A stretch of 64,000 nucleotides of DNA from Opitutia bacterium (GCA_947478395.1 CANJVR010000004.1:96001-160000); one strand, 5' to 3'; positions 10,361-20,692 are shown, counted from the stretch's first letter. Numbers and translations: made by a program. The notes: generated by a model from the sequence alone, not told the origin.

Positions 10361-10797
10361 TTGAGAAGGTCGGGCATCTGGGCCGCAAAGCTAACGCGAC
10401 CGCCTTGGGCGATGGAAACTTTTTTGGCGGTGTGATCGTAGGTCCATTGCTCGCCGTTCATCTCAAGATCGTCGCGCAGTAGCCGGACGGAACTGCGACC
10501 ACGGGCGATCTGCTCTTTGGGAAAAAAACTCGCGGCCGGACTGAGCAACACGGACTCCACCTTCGCGGCCGCGCCGCCGGTGAAAACCGTGATGTTCATG
10601 TCTACGATATCGATGCGCGTGTCGCTGACGGGTCGCACCTCGGTCCCGCGGAGTGTCATCGAGCGAAATCCTTCGGCCGTGAAGAGCGGCAGCACCCAAT
10701 TTTTGGCCGGAGCATTCGTCGTTGGCTCCTCGGCCCGCCCATGGGCCGCAAGCAGGCCGATAAAAAAGACGATGAAAACGCGGCGGAGCATGGGCAC
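10357..10797 (-). CDS. LptC-like LPS export protein
   Basis: N-terminal hydrophobic segment, beta-rich body, synteny kdsC-(lptC)-lptA-lptB. Confidence 0.6.
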   Translation of the reverse strand: MPMLRRVFIVFFIGLLAAHGRAEEPTTNAPAKNWVLPLFTAEGFRSMTLRGTEVRPVSDTRIDIVDMNITVFTGGAAAKVESVLLSPAASFFPKEQIARGRSSVRLLRDDLEMNGEQWTYDHTAKKVSIAQGGRVSFAAQMPDLLK

Positions 10798-10808
10798 GGA
10801 GCGGAGGA

Positions 10809-11345
10809 TCAGCGTCCCGGCATTTTACCGCGAGTGGAAAGAAGGTGATCGCAGATCTCGCGCACCGCACCCCATCCGGCTTCGCGTCGCGTGATGTAGT
10901 CGGCTGCGGTCTGCGCTTCAGGCATCGCTCCCGGCACGCTCACGCCGATGCCGGCGGCGAGCAGCGCAGGCACGTCAATGACGTCGTCTCCCATATAGAC
11001 ACACGCATCGAGCCGCAGCCCGAGTTTTGCGGCGATTTCGGTGAGGGCGGTAAGTTTATCGACGCGGCCTTGGATCAAATAAGGGATTTTTAGTTCGCGG
11101 GCCCGTGCCGTGGTCGCGTCGGAGGCGCGGCCGGAAATCCAGGCGATCGGACAGCCGCTTTCGCGCAGGCGAGCCAGACCGAGTCCATCGAGAATGGAGA
11201 AGCGTTTGGCCTCGGTCCCATCAGAGGAGATGAGCACCGTGCCGTCGGTGAGAATGCCGTCGACGTCCATGGCGAAGAGCTGCATCGCAGCCCAGCGCGC
11301 CGCTGGAATTTTCGTTTTTCGATTCTGGGTTTTTGATGTCGGCAT
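10809..11345 (-). CDS. kdsC: KDO 8-phosphate phosphatase (HAD family)
   Basis: 'MDVDGILTDG', 'YMGDDVID', 'GAVREICD'. Confidence 0.92.
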   Translation of the reverse strand: MPTSKTQNRKTKIPAARWAAMQLFAMDVDGILTDGTVLISSDGTEAKRFSILDGLGLARLRESGCPIAWISGRASDATTARARELKIPYLIQGRVDKLTALTEIAAKLGLRLDACVYMGDDVIDVPALLAAGIGVSVPGAMPEAQTAADYITRREAGWGAVREICDHLLSTRGKMPGR

Positions 11346-11496
11346 CGGAGTTTGATCACACAGATCGCGGAGCACGGGGACAAAGTTCACGGACCAAGCC
11401 AGAACGTGAAACGGTCCATGACTTTGGCGACGCCGAGTGGGGGTGATGATGAGGTGGTCTCAAATCGGAAATCGAGAATCCAGAAACGAAAATTCC
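11305..11496. repeat. Inverted pair of degenerate heptamer-repeat tracts
   Basis: GGAATTTTCGTTTTTCGATTCT (11305-11326) is the 20/22 reverse complement of AGAATCCAGAAACGAAAATTCC (11475-11496). Confidence 0.7.
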
Positions 11497-13557
11497 TCAA
11501 CCCATCCACGCCGTGATTTGCTCGATGACCTTGTCCTTGGTGGGACGGAAGGCCTGTTCGAGTTCGGGGGCAAACGGCACGGGCAGGTCGAGCGACGCGA
11601 TGCGCAGAGGCGCCGATTTCAACACCGCGAAATGGCTCTCGGTGAGGCGGGCCACGAGTTCGGCGCCAAAGCCGTGGGTGCGGCGGCCTTCGTGCAGCAC
11701 GATGAGACGGCCGGTGCGCGCGAGCGATGCTTCGATGGCTTCCAGCTTTAGCGGCGCGAGCGCGCGCAGATCGAAAAGATCGAGCGTTGTCTCGTACTCG
11801 GCGGCGAAATAATCGCACACATCGGTGGCGAGATGGACCATTTCTCCGTACGTCACGAACGTGGCGTAGTCGCCCGGGTGAACATGGCGCGGCTGCCAGA
11901 TCGAACGATAATCTGGGTCCCAGGTAACGGGATGTTTACCCCGGCGATAAAGGCCTTTGTGTTCGAAAAGGAGCACGGGATTGTTGTCTTCGTAGGCGGC
12001 AAGGAGCGCGTTAAACGCGTCCTGCGGCGTGCTGGGGTAAAGCGCTTTGATGCCCGGCATCGCCAGAAGAAAAGACTCGAGTTCCTGCGAGTGAAACGAG
12101 CCAAAGGTCAGGCCGCCGCCAGACGGGAGGCGAAACACCAGCGGGGCGGCCGCGCCTGAGCGGAAATACATCGTGCCGGCGTTGAGCGTGAGCTGGGTGA
12201 TGGCTTCGGTGACGAAGTCGGCAAACTGAAATTCCTCGATCGGGCGGTGGCCGTTGACGGCGAGACCGAGGGCGTAGCCGGTGCAGGCACTTTCGGCGAG
12301 CGGAGTATTGAACACGCGCGGACGACCGAAGTCGGCGAGCAGGCCTTCCGTGACTTTGAACGCGCCGCCGTAGGCGCCGATGTCCTGGCCCATAACGAGC
12401 GATTCGGGCCGCTCGGTGAGAATTTTTCGGAGCGCGTGATTCAGGGCCTGCGCGGACGTGAGATTCTCAATTTTTGATCCCGGTTTTTCGATTTGAGATA
12501 AAACCGATGGAATCCAAGGCAAGGCGGGCGCCGGCGGCGCGAAGAGGTCTGCTGCCATGCCGGCGGGGCTGGGACGTGGCACCGCGAGCGAGGTCTTGAT
12601 GCACGCTTCGATGAAGGCGTTCAGGTCGGCCTCGATTGCTTGGACGCGGGCCGCACCGATTGAAGCCACGAGTTGCGCCCGCGCTTTGGGTGTCACATCC
12701 CGCGCGAAAAATCCATCGGCTTCGCCCGGCGCGAGGTAGTCGCCGGTATCGTAGGCGGCATGACCGCGGAGCCGGAGCGTGTGGGCTTCGACGAGCATGG
12801 GCCGTGACGTGGTGCGGACTTTTTCGATGGCGGCGGCGAGGGTCTTGGTGGTGGCCACGACGTCCACGGTCGTGTCGAGGGCGAAGGCCTCGATGCCGTA
12901 GCCGGCCGCGCGCTTCCAGAGTTCGGTACCGGCGGAGAATTGTTCCGCGACGGGCGTGGAATACGCATAGCGGTTGTTCTCAATCACGAACAAGATCGGG
13001 AGGGAAAGCAGCGCGGCGAGATTCATGGCCTCGTGAATATCGCCCGTGCTCGAGCCGCCGTCGCCGAATAAGGCAAACCCCACGGCGGGCCGGCCGAGCC
13101 GGCGCTGGGAATCCGTCATGCCGAGCACGGGGCTGAGCATGGCGCCGAGGTGGCTGATCATCGGCAGGGATCGGTGCGTGGGATCGCCGTGGTGGATGTT
13201 GCCCTCGCGCGCTTTCGTGGGGCTGTCGGCGTTGGCAAAATACTGGTTGAGGTGCTCACAGAGATGCCCGCTCCAGATTAGGTGCCCGCCGAAACCGCGG
13301 TGGGTAAACGAGACAACGTCAGTGGCTTTATCGGCCAGCAATGCGAGCGGGACGATAAGCCCTTCGTTACCCTGACCGCCCGTAACGGTGCCTTTGATCA
13401 GGCCCTGGCGAAAGAGATCGATAATCCGATTATCGCTGGTGCGCGCCAGATGCATCCAGGCGTAGAGGCGCAGGAGCGTTTCGGCCGGATTCTGGTCGAT
13501 CTCCGTTACGCGCACGTCGTGCGACGCGAGGATTTCAGGAGGGAAAGGAAAGGCCAT
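11497..13557 (-). CDS. 2-oxoacid dehydrogenase E1, fused alpha/beta subunits
   Basis: TPP motif 'GDGGSSTG..ENNRYAYST', 'RLRGH', beta part 'GQDIG..GGAFKVT', 'FNTPLAES', 'FHSQ'. Confidence 0.93.
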   Translation of the reverse strand: MAFPFPPEILASHDVRVTEIDQNPAETLLRLYAWMHLARTSDNRIIDLFRQGLIKGTVTGGQGNEGLIVPLALLADKATDVVSFTHRGFGGHLIWSGHLCEHLNQYFANADSPTKAREGNIHHGDPTHRSLPMISHLGAMLSPVLGMTDSQRRLGRPAVGFALFGDGGSSTGDIHEAMNLAALLSLPILFVIENNRYAYSTPVAEQFSAGTELWKRAAGYGIEAFALDTTVDVVATTKTLAAAIEKVRTTSRPMLVEAHTLRLRGHAAYDTGDYLAPGEADGFFARDVTPKARAQLVASIGAARVQAIEADLNAFIEACIKTSLAVPRPSPAGMAADLFAPPAPALPWIPSVLSQIEKPGSKIENLTSAQALNHALRKILTERPESLVMGQDIGAYGGAFKVTEGLLADFGRPRVFNTPLAESACTGYALGLAVNGHRPIEEFQFADFVTEAITQLTLNAGTMYFRSGAAAPLVFRLPSGGGLTFGSFHSQELESFLLAMPGIKALYPSTPQDAFNALLAAYEDNNPVLLFEHKGLYRRGKHPVTWDPDYRSIWQPRHVHPGDYATFVTYGEMVHLATDVCDYFAAEYETTLDLFDLRALAPLKLEAIEASLARTGRLIVLHEGRRTHGFGAELVARLTESHFAVLKSAPLRIASLDLPVPFAPELEQAFRPTKDKVIEQITAWMG

Positions 13558-13677
13558 GAACTTTGCGCGACGGTGAAGGGGTGCCACGGCGCGGGCAAGC
13601 GAGAGATTGGGTGCTGCGGTCGGAAAGAAAATTGCGTGACTTGACCCCCCGGAGAGCTGGCCGGAGCGTGGCGGCGC

Positions 13678-15543
13678 TTGAAAATTGCGTCACCGCCCCC
13701 CGTCCGAAATCTGCGCCAGGAATCACCGGGCTTTTTTTCCCGGGCAACGGGAAGTTTCTCGCACACGCCACGAACCATCGGGTTGGTGTGGCGTTCTGCG
13801 CCGGGCGGGCTGGTGATGGTCGCGATCTTGGTGGTGGTCTCGGCTGTTTTACCGGTGACGGTGGCGTGGGTGGGCAAGGTGATTGTCGACGCCGTGGTGG
13901 CGGCGCACAGCGCAACAGGCGCAGGGCATGACGCCGCGGTGACGAAGGTATGGCACTGGGTGCTGATCGAGCTGGGCTTGGTGGCCGGCATCGGTCTCGT
14001 GGAGCGGGGAACCGGTCTGCTGCGGCAACTGATGGGGTCGCGGCTCGCGATCGATCTGGCGGTCACGATTATGGAAAAGGCGTTGACGCTCGATCTGCGC
14101 CATTTCGAGGACGCGCCATTCTACGATAAGCTGACGCGCGCTCGGCGGGAGGCGTCGTCACGACCGCTGTCGCTCGTGCAACAAAATTTCCAAATCGTTA
14201 GGAGCGGCCTGACGCTGGTGGGCTTTGCGGCGCTGCTGTTGAGTTTCAGTCCGTGGGTGGTCGCCGGCTTGTTGTTGGCGGCGGTGCCGGCGTTTGTGGC
14301 GGAGGCACGGTTTTCTGGCGCGGCGTTCCGGCTGCGCAACTGGCGTTCCCCGGACGCGCGCCGGCTCAATTATCTCGAGTATCTGATCGGCAATGATGAG
14401 CACGCGAAGGAGGTGAAGCTGTTCGGTCTTGGGCCGCTGATGTTGACGCGCTACAAAAAACTTTCGGAGACGTTTTTTGCCGAAGACCGAAAGCTCGCCG
14501 TGAGCCGGGCGGGCTGGACGTTTGGGTTGTCCCTGATCAGCACGGCGGCGTTTTACAGCTGTTATGTGGCGGTGGCGCTCGGGGCGGCGGCGGGGCGGGT
14601 GTCACTGGGCGAGATGACGCTTTACGTGGTCGCGTTTCGCCAGGGGCAAGGAGCGTTCCAGTCGATCTTGTCGGCGCTCGGCGGCATGTATGAGGACAAT
14701 CTGTACATGGCGAATTTGTTTGAGTTTCTCGCGATGCCGACGGGCCGGGCGGCGCGGCCCGCGATCGCGCCGCAGCCGTTCCTTGCAGAGAAGGGCATCA
14801 GGTTCGAGGGCGTGGGCTTTCGTTATCCGGCCGCGAAAGACTGGGCGTTACGGGGCGTGTCGGTTTTTATTCCCGAAGGGCAGAGCTTGGCGCTGGTGGG
14901 ACAGAACGGAGCGGGCAAGACGACCTTCATTAAACTCCTCACGCGGCTCTACGAACCGACGGAAGGACGTGTGCTGCTCGATGGAAAAGATCTCGCCGAC
15001 TGGGACGAGGCCGAGTTGCGGCGTCGCGTGGGCGTGATCTTCCAGGACTTCAACCAGTATCAATTTGCACTGCGCGAAAACGTGGGCTTTGGCAGCGTGG
15101 AGTTTCTGGCGGACGACGTGCGGATTGACCGGGCGGTGGAGCGGGGCGGGGCGAAAGAATTTGTGGCGACGCTCGCGGCGGGGCTGGATACGCAGCTCGG
15201 GCATTGGTTTAACGACGGCGCGGAGCTGTCGGGCGGCCAATGGCAACGGGTGGGATTGGCGCGGGCGTTCATGCGCGAGGAGGCGGATATTCTGGTCCTC
15301 GATGAGCCGACCGCGGCGCTGGATGCGGAGGCGGAGCATGCCGTTTTTGAACGCTTTCGCACGCTGACGCGCGGTCGCACGGCGATTCTGATCTCGCACC
15401 GATTTCCTACGGTGCGCATGGCGGATCGCATTCTCGTGATCGAGCAAGGCTCGATCCGCGAGCAGGGCTCGCACGAGGAATTGCTCGCGAGCGGCGGGAT
15501 CTACGCGCGGCTCTTTTCTTTGCAGGCGGAGGGCTATCGGTAG
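13678..15543 (+). CDS. ABC exporter, fused permease/ATPase
   Basis: TM domain, Walker A 'GQNGAGKTT', 'LSGGQWQR', 'LDEPTAALD', 'ISHR'. Confidence 0.93.
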   Translation: MKIASPPPVRNLRQESPGFFSRATGSFSHTPRTIGLVWRSAPGGLVMVAILVVVSAVLPVTVAWVGKVIVDAVVAAHSATGAGHDAAVTKVWHWVLIELGLVAGIGLVERGTGLLRQLMGSRLAIDLAVTIMEKALTLDLRHFEDAPFYDKLTRARREASSRPLSLVQQNFQIVRSGLTLVGFAALLLSFSPWVVAGLLLAAVPAFVAEARFSGAAFRLRNWRSPDARRLNYLEYLIGNDEHAKEVKLFGLGPLMLTRYKKLSETFFAEDRKLAVSRAGWTFGLSLISTAAFYSCYVAVALGAAAGRVSLGEMTLYVVAFRQGQGAFQSILSALGGMYEDNLYMANLFEFLAMPTGRAARPAIAPQPFLAEKGIRFEGVGFRYPAAKDWALRGVSVFIPEGQSLALVGQNGAGKTTFIKLLTRLYEPTEGRVLLDGKDLADWDEAELRRRVGVIFQDFNQYQFALRENVGFGSVEFLADDVRIDRAVERGGAKEFVATLAAGLDTQLGHWFNDGAELSGGQWQRVGLARAFMREEADILVLDEPTAALDAEAEHAVFERFRTLTRGRTAILISHRFPTVRMADRILVIEQGSIREQGSHEELLASGGIYARLFSLQAEGYR

Positions 15544-15939
15544 AGCGGTTTAACCAAAAGCGTAGCCTCAAACAACCTAGCGGCAGGCGTCGGTGTCGCC
15601 CTGAAAATGAGGCCGCCGAACCCGGCCGGCCGCGACGCCTATCGCCGCACAAAATGGCTGCGAAAAACTTATACCGCTCTTGCCGGTGCCGCGGAGCGGG
15701 TCCACGACGGGAACGCTCGTGAGCGTCGAGTCGTCGCGTAAGCGCAGCGACGGATCGTGTCCAAGGCCTGCGATTCCCCGCAGAGCCCAAGGCCGTGCCG
15801 GACGAGCTAGCGCCGGTTGTAAAAATACTTCGGGCTCGCCGGCTCGCCCGCCGAACCCGTGAAGAATGCGTCCAGCGTACGGATTAGAAGGGAGTAAAAT
15901 GTGAAATGAATTCCATCCGCGCCATCATGAGTCCTGCGC

Positions 15940-16566
15940 CTAAGAATTTTCAGCTGATCCGAGCCAGCCCCGCGCCCCATCGATGTCGGGCTGGGCTAAC
16001 CCGTGGCCTCCCCGGTTGGACTGCATCTCGACCGTTGCGCCGCCGGCTTGGAGGAGCGCCGCGAGGCACGCCGGGTCATCGCGCGGCACAATCGGGTCAG
16101 CGTCGCCGTTGAGGAGCAGGACGCGCTTGCCCGTGAGCGACCGGGATGGTGCCGCCTGATCAAGGACGACCATGGGACGAAGCAGAATTCCACCCGCGAG
16201 TGATGCGGGACGGAGTTGAAGGAGAGTGGCCGCGATATTAGCGCCGTTCGAAAAACCCACCGCGAGGAGTCGGCCGGCGTCGATCCGGTAGTGGGCCGTG
16301 GCGGCAATGATGAAGCCCGCGAGCGCGTGCGTTCGTGCGGCCACCTCCGCTGGATCGAAAACACCCTCCGAGAGACGCGCGAAGAAACGGCGGGCGCCGC
16401 CCTCGCTCACTTGTCCGAGCGGGCTGAGTACGGCCGAACCGGGTGAAAGCGCGCGGGCGAGTGGGAGAAGGTCGCGTTCGTTCCCGCCCGTACCGTGCAA
16501 AAGTAACAGCGGCGGAGCCACCGAATCAGCGCCGGGCTGGTAGAAATGTTGGTAGGAGAAATTCAT
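15940..16566 (-). CDS. Alpha/beta hydrolase, phospholipase/carboxylesterase (MhqD-like)
   Basis: 'LLLHGTGGNE', 'GFSNGANIA', 'DPIVP', 'GGH'. Confidence 0.9.
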   Translation of the reverse strand: MNFSYQHFYQPGADSVAPPLLLLHGTGGNERDLLPLARALSPGSAVLSPLGQVSEGGARRFFARLSEGVFDPAEVAARTHALAGFIIAATAHYRIDAGRLLAVGFSNGANIAATLLQLRPASLAGGILLRPMVVLDQAAPSRSLTGKRVLLLNGDADPIVPRDDPACLAALLQAGGATVEMQSNRGGHGLAQPDIDGARGWLGSAENS

Positions 16567-16659
16567 GAAACCGTGCGAAAAATCGAAAACCGTTCCTGAA
16601 AACATGTCACTTAATAGGTGACATGGGGTCGATGTTTGGGGCCGGAACCGGCGGAGAGG

Positions 16660-17601
16660 TTATGAAAGTTTAGGGAGGGCGGCTTCGATGGCGGCGCGCT
16701 GCGATTCATACTGCGCGGGAAGCTGCAGGGTGGTGCCGAGGGCATCGAGCGGCTCGTCGATCGCGAAGCCGGGATTGTCGGTGGCGATCTCGAAAAGGAC
16801 CCCGGCTGGTTCACGGTAATAGATCGAATGAAAATAATTTCGATCCATGACCGGACTCGGCTGGTAGCCGAGCTCACGCAGCGTGTGGAGTGCGGTCGCC
16901 TGCGTGGTGTCATTAGGGGTCCGAAATGCGACGTGGTGAACGGTGCCCGCTCCAGCAAGACCCGAGGGCAAAGTAGGATCGGTCAGGAGATCGACGTAAC
17001 CGCCCACGCCGACCGGCAACTCGAGACGGGTCCGGTGCGCGACCGTCTGAACGCTGCGATAGCCCATGGTGCCAGTCAGCAGCGCTTCTGTGCGGCGGGA
17101 ATTGGCGAGGGCGATGGTGATTCCGTGAAAACCGCGAATGGCGGCCGTCGCCGGAATTTCCGCGGACAAATGTGCGGGCCGAAGATCTGGTGCGGCGGTA
17201 GCAATCAACTCAAGCCGGAGGCCGTCGGGGTCGGTGAAAGCGAGGACTTGATCGCCGAAGCGTTCGGTCACCGGCGAGGTCGCGACCGCGCTGGCCTTCA
17301 GCCATCCGGCCCAGAAAGAAAGCGCGCCCGCCGGAACGGAAAACGCCGTGGCGTAAACTTGACCGTGACCGGGACGCCCGCGGCGGACGCCGGCCCAGGG
17401 AAAAAACGTGAGCACGGAACCAGGCGTTCCCACGCTGTCGCCATAGTAGAGGTGATAGGTTGTCGGATCGTCGAAGTTAACGGTCTTTTTGATCAGACGC
17501 AGGCCCAGGACGCGGGTGTAGAATTCGACGTTGCGGCGGGGATCGCCCGCGATGGCGGTGACGTGATGCAGGCCGGTGAGCGGGAGAAAAGATGAGTTCA
17601 T
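16660..17601 (-). CDS. Ring-cleaving dioxygenase, VOC family (MhqA/MhqO-like)
   Basis: 'GLHHVTAI', 'KKTVNFDDP.TYHLYYG', 'GTVHHVAFR', 'DRNYFHSIYYREP.G.LFEIATD'. Confidence 0.93.
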   Translation of the reverse strand: MNSSFLPLTGLHHVTAIAGDPRRNVEFYTRVLGLRLIKKTVNFDDPTTYHLYYGDSVGTPGSVLTFFPWAGVRRGRPGHGQVYATAFSVPAGALSFWAGWLKASAVATSPVTERFGDQVLAFTDPDGLRLELIATAAPDLRPAHLSAEIPATAAIRGFHGITIALANSRRTEALLTGTMGYRSVQTVAHRTRLELPVGVGGYVDLLTDPTLPSGLAGAGTVHHVAFRTPNDTTQATALHTLRELGYQPSPVMDRNYFHSIYYREPAGVLFEIATDNPGFAIDEPLDALGTTLQLPAQYESQRAAIEAALPKLS

Positions 17602-17603
17602 CA

Positions 17604-17623
17604 GAATCGTTTAATGTTAAAGT
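17604..17623. promoter_or_regulatory. Putative MarR (MhqR-like) operator, copy 1
   Basis: GAATCGTTTAATGTTAAAGT with core palindrome TTTAA-TG-TTAAA directly before the dioxygenase start; 17/20 match to the site at 18267. Confidence 0.65.
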
Positions 17624-17801
17624 AATCAACCTCCGGCCCGGAGAATGGCAAGCGCTTTGCCGCGAAAGATCGATTCGCCGTGGTCACTGGTGCCGGTTTT
17701 TCCCGGACCAACGTGAAAACATTCCGAGGTGATTGAGGCCCGGCGGGAATGGATCCGGCTGGACGGCGACGGGCAATGGCGGAAGTCCGCGCCGGGGGCG
17801 G

Positions 17802-18263
17802 CTACGGGGTCGCGTAGATCGGCCGACCGAGGCCAAGTTTTTTGCCCAGACGGGCCAGCACTGATTGCTCGCGGGGGGTGAGCACGGCGAATTCCTTGAC
17901 GAGTTGCGCGGCGACTTTGGGGAAGACCGTGCTGATGAGTCGGCGGCCTTTGGGCGTGAGGGTGACTTTCACGAAACGACGGTCGGCGGCGGTGCGCTCG
18001 CGGCTGATGAGTCCATCGCGTTCGAGATTTGCGACCACGAGCGTGAGGTTCCCGCCGCTGCGCAACAGTTTCGCGGCGAGGTCCGATTGGAAAAGCGGTC
18101 CGCGGTGATACAGCGCTTCGAGCGCGGCGAATTGCGTGAACGAAAGACTGGCGGGCAGCTTGGCGTGAGAGCGGGCGGTCACTGATTCCGCGGCGCGCAT
18201 GAGCTTGATATAGGCGTCCAGCGCGGCGACTTCGGCCTTTGGCCCTTGATGATGGCTGCCCAT
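17802..18263 (-). CDS. MarR family regulator (MhqR-like)
   Basis: 'TQFAALEALYHRGPL..SGGNLT.VV.NLE..GLI.R..DRR..LT..G'. Confidence 0.92.
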   Translation of the reverse strand: MGSHHQGPKAEVAALDAYIKLMRAAESVTARSHAKLPASLSFTQFAALEALYHRGPLFQSDLAAKLLRSGGNLTLVVANLERDGLISRERTAADRRFVKVTLTPKGRRLISTVFPKVAAQLVKEFAVLTPREQSVLARLGKKLGLGRPIYATP

Positions 18264-18266
18264 GAT

Positions 18267-18286
18267 ATTTTAACGTGAAACGATTC
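18267..18286. promoter_or_regulatory. Putative MarR operator, copy 2 (autoregulatory)
   Basis: Reverse complement GAATCGTTTCACGTTAAAAT directly before the marR start. Confidence 0.65.
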
Positions 18287-18450
18287 CTGAATCGGGCGCA
18301 AGTTGCACCGGGCGATTTACCGCGGCGGCCTTATTTCCAAGGCCAGTGAATAATCCCAGTAGCCGAGCGAGCGCGAAAATGAAAATTCGATCGGGTTTGC
18401 GGCCAGTGTCTCGACAGGGAGGCGATCGTCCTTCGGGCCCCGGCGATGCG

Positions 18451-18900
18451 TCACGTCGTAGCGTCAATTTTTGCGATGCGGGCGATGTGACGTCCGCCTT
18501 CGAACGGCGTCGCGAGCCAGACGCGCACGATCTGCAAAGCCTCTGCTTCGGTGACAGTGCGCTGGCCGAGGGAGAGGCAGTTCGCGTCGTTGTGCGATCG
18601 ATTCCAAATGGCGACCTGCTCGTTCCAGCAAAGTCCGCAGCGCACGCCTTTGACCCGGTTGGCGACGATTGCCTCGCCGTTACCGGAGCCGCCTAATACG
18701 ATGCCGCGCTGATATTCCCCGCGGGCGACGGCTTCTGCGACGGGCCGGATAAAATCAGGGTAGTCGCAACTAGCCTCGGAGTAGGTGCCGAGGTCGCGCA
18801 CGGTGTGCCCTTCGGCGAGGAGCATCGTCTTGATGGCTTCCTTGTAGGCGTAACCGGCGTGATCCGAGCCGATGGCGATCGTGAAAGTCGGAGTGGACAT
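18451..18900 (-). CDS. rpiB: Ribose 5-phosphate isomerase B
   Basis: 'IGSDHAG', 'DYPD', 'GGSGNGE', 'HNDAN', 'FEGGRH..RI.KI'. Confidence 0.95.
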   Translation of the reverse strand: MSTPTFTIAIGSDHAGYAYKEAIKTMLLAEGHTVRDLGTYSEASCDYPDFIRPVAEAVARGEYQRGIVLGGSGNGEAIVANRVKGVRCGLCWNEQVAIWNRSHNDANCLSLGQRTVTEAEALQIVRVWLATPFEGGRHIARIAKIDATT

Positions 18901-19371
18901 GGTGGCGGAGGCGGGCGACCTGAGGGGAGCTTGGGCGTGTTACGCCGGGTTTCATTTCGTCCACAGTCCTCCGGTGGCAGCAAACAAAATTACCCAGATG
19001 AAATTTAGTTCGGCGATTTCGACGTCAGTGGTCGTCGCGGACGCCAGAGGTTACGCTCCTGGTCTGGACGCGAGGCTCGTGAAAATTTGACGCTCGTTGC
19101 GACGCGGTCGGCTGGTGTGTAAGCCACGGTGCGCGCGGGGCTAGGCGCGGTTGGTTTTACGCCGGATCAGGTGCAGGTGGTGGCGGCGATCCTGCACGCA
19201 GGCGGGTGATTTTTGAAACGGGTCGAGGTGCGCGATCGAGCAGATTTAAAACAAACGGCTTATCGGCGGGGAAATGAGGGTCTGGTCTGAAGCCGTAGGA
19301 TCGTACGTAAAAAAGATCAGAGGGCCGCGTCAGGCGGTTGCGATTTAGGAAATCAGCGGCACATTCTTACC

Positions 19372-19812
19372 ATGAATGCACGCAAGGTTTTCATCCTGAT
19401 GGCCGCTGCGTTTGGGTGGGCGGGGTGCGCCACGCCCGAGGCTCGGATTCAGCGACGCCCGGAAATCTTCGCCCGCCTCACGCTGGCAGAGCAGGAAACA
19501 ATTAGGAAAGGCGGAGTGAACGTCGGCTTTGACCAGGAGATGGTGAAGCTCGGCTTGGGTGAGCCCGATCGAGTGCGCAGTCGGACCGATGCGAGAGGAA
19601 CGACCGACGTCTGGATTTATGCGACCTACGATCGCTCGGATGGACTTCCGCTCTATCGCGGCTGGTATCACCGTTACTACGGTTGGGGCGATCCGCTCTA
19701 CCCGTACTACCTCGATTATCCGGCGCGGCGGACGCACGAATATTTGCGCGTTGCGTTCGACGTGAGTGGCAAGGTTTCGAGTATCGAGAAAGACCAGCGG
19801 GACCGCTATTAG
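19372..19812 (+). CDS. Hypothetical lipoprotein
   Basis: Lipobox 'WAGC' after hydrophobic stretch. Confidence 0.75.
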   Translation: MNARKVFILMAAAFGWAGCATPEARIQRRPEIFARLTLAEQETIRKGGVNVGFDQEMVKLGLGEPDRVRSRTDARGTTDVWIYATYDRSDGLPLYRGWYHRYYGWGDPLYPYYLDYPARRTHEYLRVAFDVSGKVSSIEKDQRDRY

Positions 19813-20672
19813 TCGGAAACCAGCCGTGGGGAGGCTTCCCGCACGCGGACTTCGACCTTCAGTGAACGCGTGGGCGCACCGCGATATGTGCCGTTGATCG
19901 GACGGATATCGGCGTAATCGCGGCCGGTCGCGATCTTGACGTAACGGTCGTCGGCGACGCGATCGTGGGTGGGGTCAAACGCGGCCCACCCGTAGCCGGG
20001 AACGTAGGCTTCGATCCAGGCGTGCGAGGCTTCTATTTCCCGCGGACGGCGGGTCGTGTTGAAAAAATATCCACTCACGTAGCGGGCGGGAATGCCGAGG
20101 CTGCGGCAGAGACCGAGGTGGACGTGAGCGAAATCCTGGCAGACGCCCATACGGAGTTTGAGCGCGTCGTTGGCTCGCGTGCTGACGCCCGTGGTCTTCG
20201 GTTTGTAGGCAAACGTGCGGTAAATGTGCCCGCCGAGCCGTCTGACATCGTTCCATATATCGCCTCGCCCTTCGGCCAGCGCGTCCTGGGCCTCGCGCCA
20301 GAGGTCTACCTCCAGCGGGACATAGGGGGAGCTCGTATAAAACTCCGCGAGCATCTCTCGCTCCGACGAGTTTTTTAGATCGGAACTCGTCACGGATGGA
20401 ACTGGCGGACGTTCGGCCAGCGGGACGGTTTCAACCACGGACTGAACCTCGACGACGAGTTTGTTGTGCGCTTCGGCGATGTCGAAGTAGTGAATGGTGT
20501 TGCCGTAGAAATCCGAATATTCCTGCGGGGCTGCGACGGGATCGAGGCGCAGGTTGAACGACCGGCAGGTTTGCGTGGCGTCATCGACGGGTCGGAGACG
20601 GACCTCGTTGAAGCTGTCCTGTGCCTTGCCCGCGTAGTTGAATGTGGTGCGATGGAGAATGCGAAGATGCAT
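19809..20672 (-). CDS. Transglutaminase family protein
   Basis: 'GVCQDFAH', 'ARYVSGY', 'SHAW', 'FDPT', 'GRDYAD'. Confidence 0.93.
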   Translation of the reverse strand: MHLRILHRTTFNYAGKAQDSFNEVRLRPVDDATQTCRSFNLRLDPVAAPQEYSDFYGNTIHYFDIAEAHNKLVVEVQSVVETVPLAERPPVPSVTSSDLKNSSEREMLAEFYTSSPYVPLEVDLWREAQDALAEGRGDIWNDVRRLGGHIYRTFAYKPKTTGVSTRANDALKLRMGVCQDFAHVHLGLCRSLGIPARYVSGYFFNTTRRPREIEASHAWIEAYVPGYGWAAFDPTHDRVADDRYVKIATGRDYADIRPINGTYRGAPTRSLKVEVRVREASPRLVSD

Positions 20673-20692
20673 GGCTGCGGCCGAGGCTCTGA

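Noticed and set aside
11497..13557. Fused E1 alpha/beta as a novelty
   Set aside because: This fusion is common in PVC and Bacteroidota genomes
15545..15930. ncRNA or REP element between convergent genes
   Set aside because: Only loose GC-rich pairing, no second copy or recognisable motif in the window
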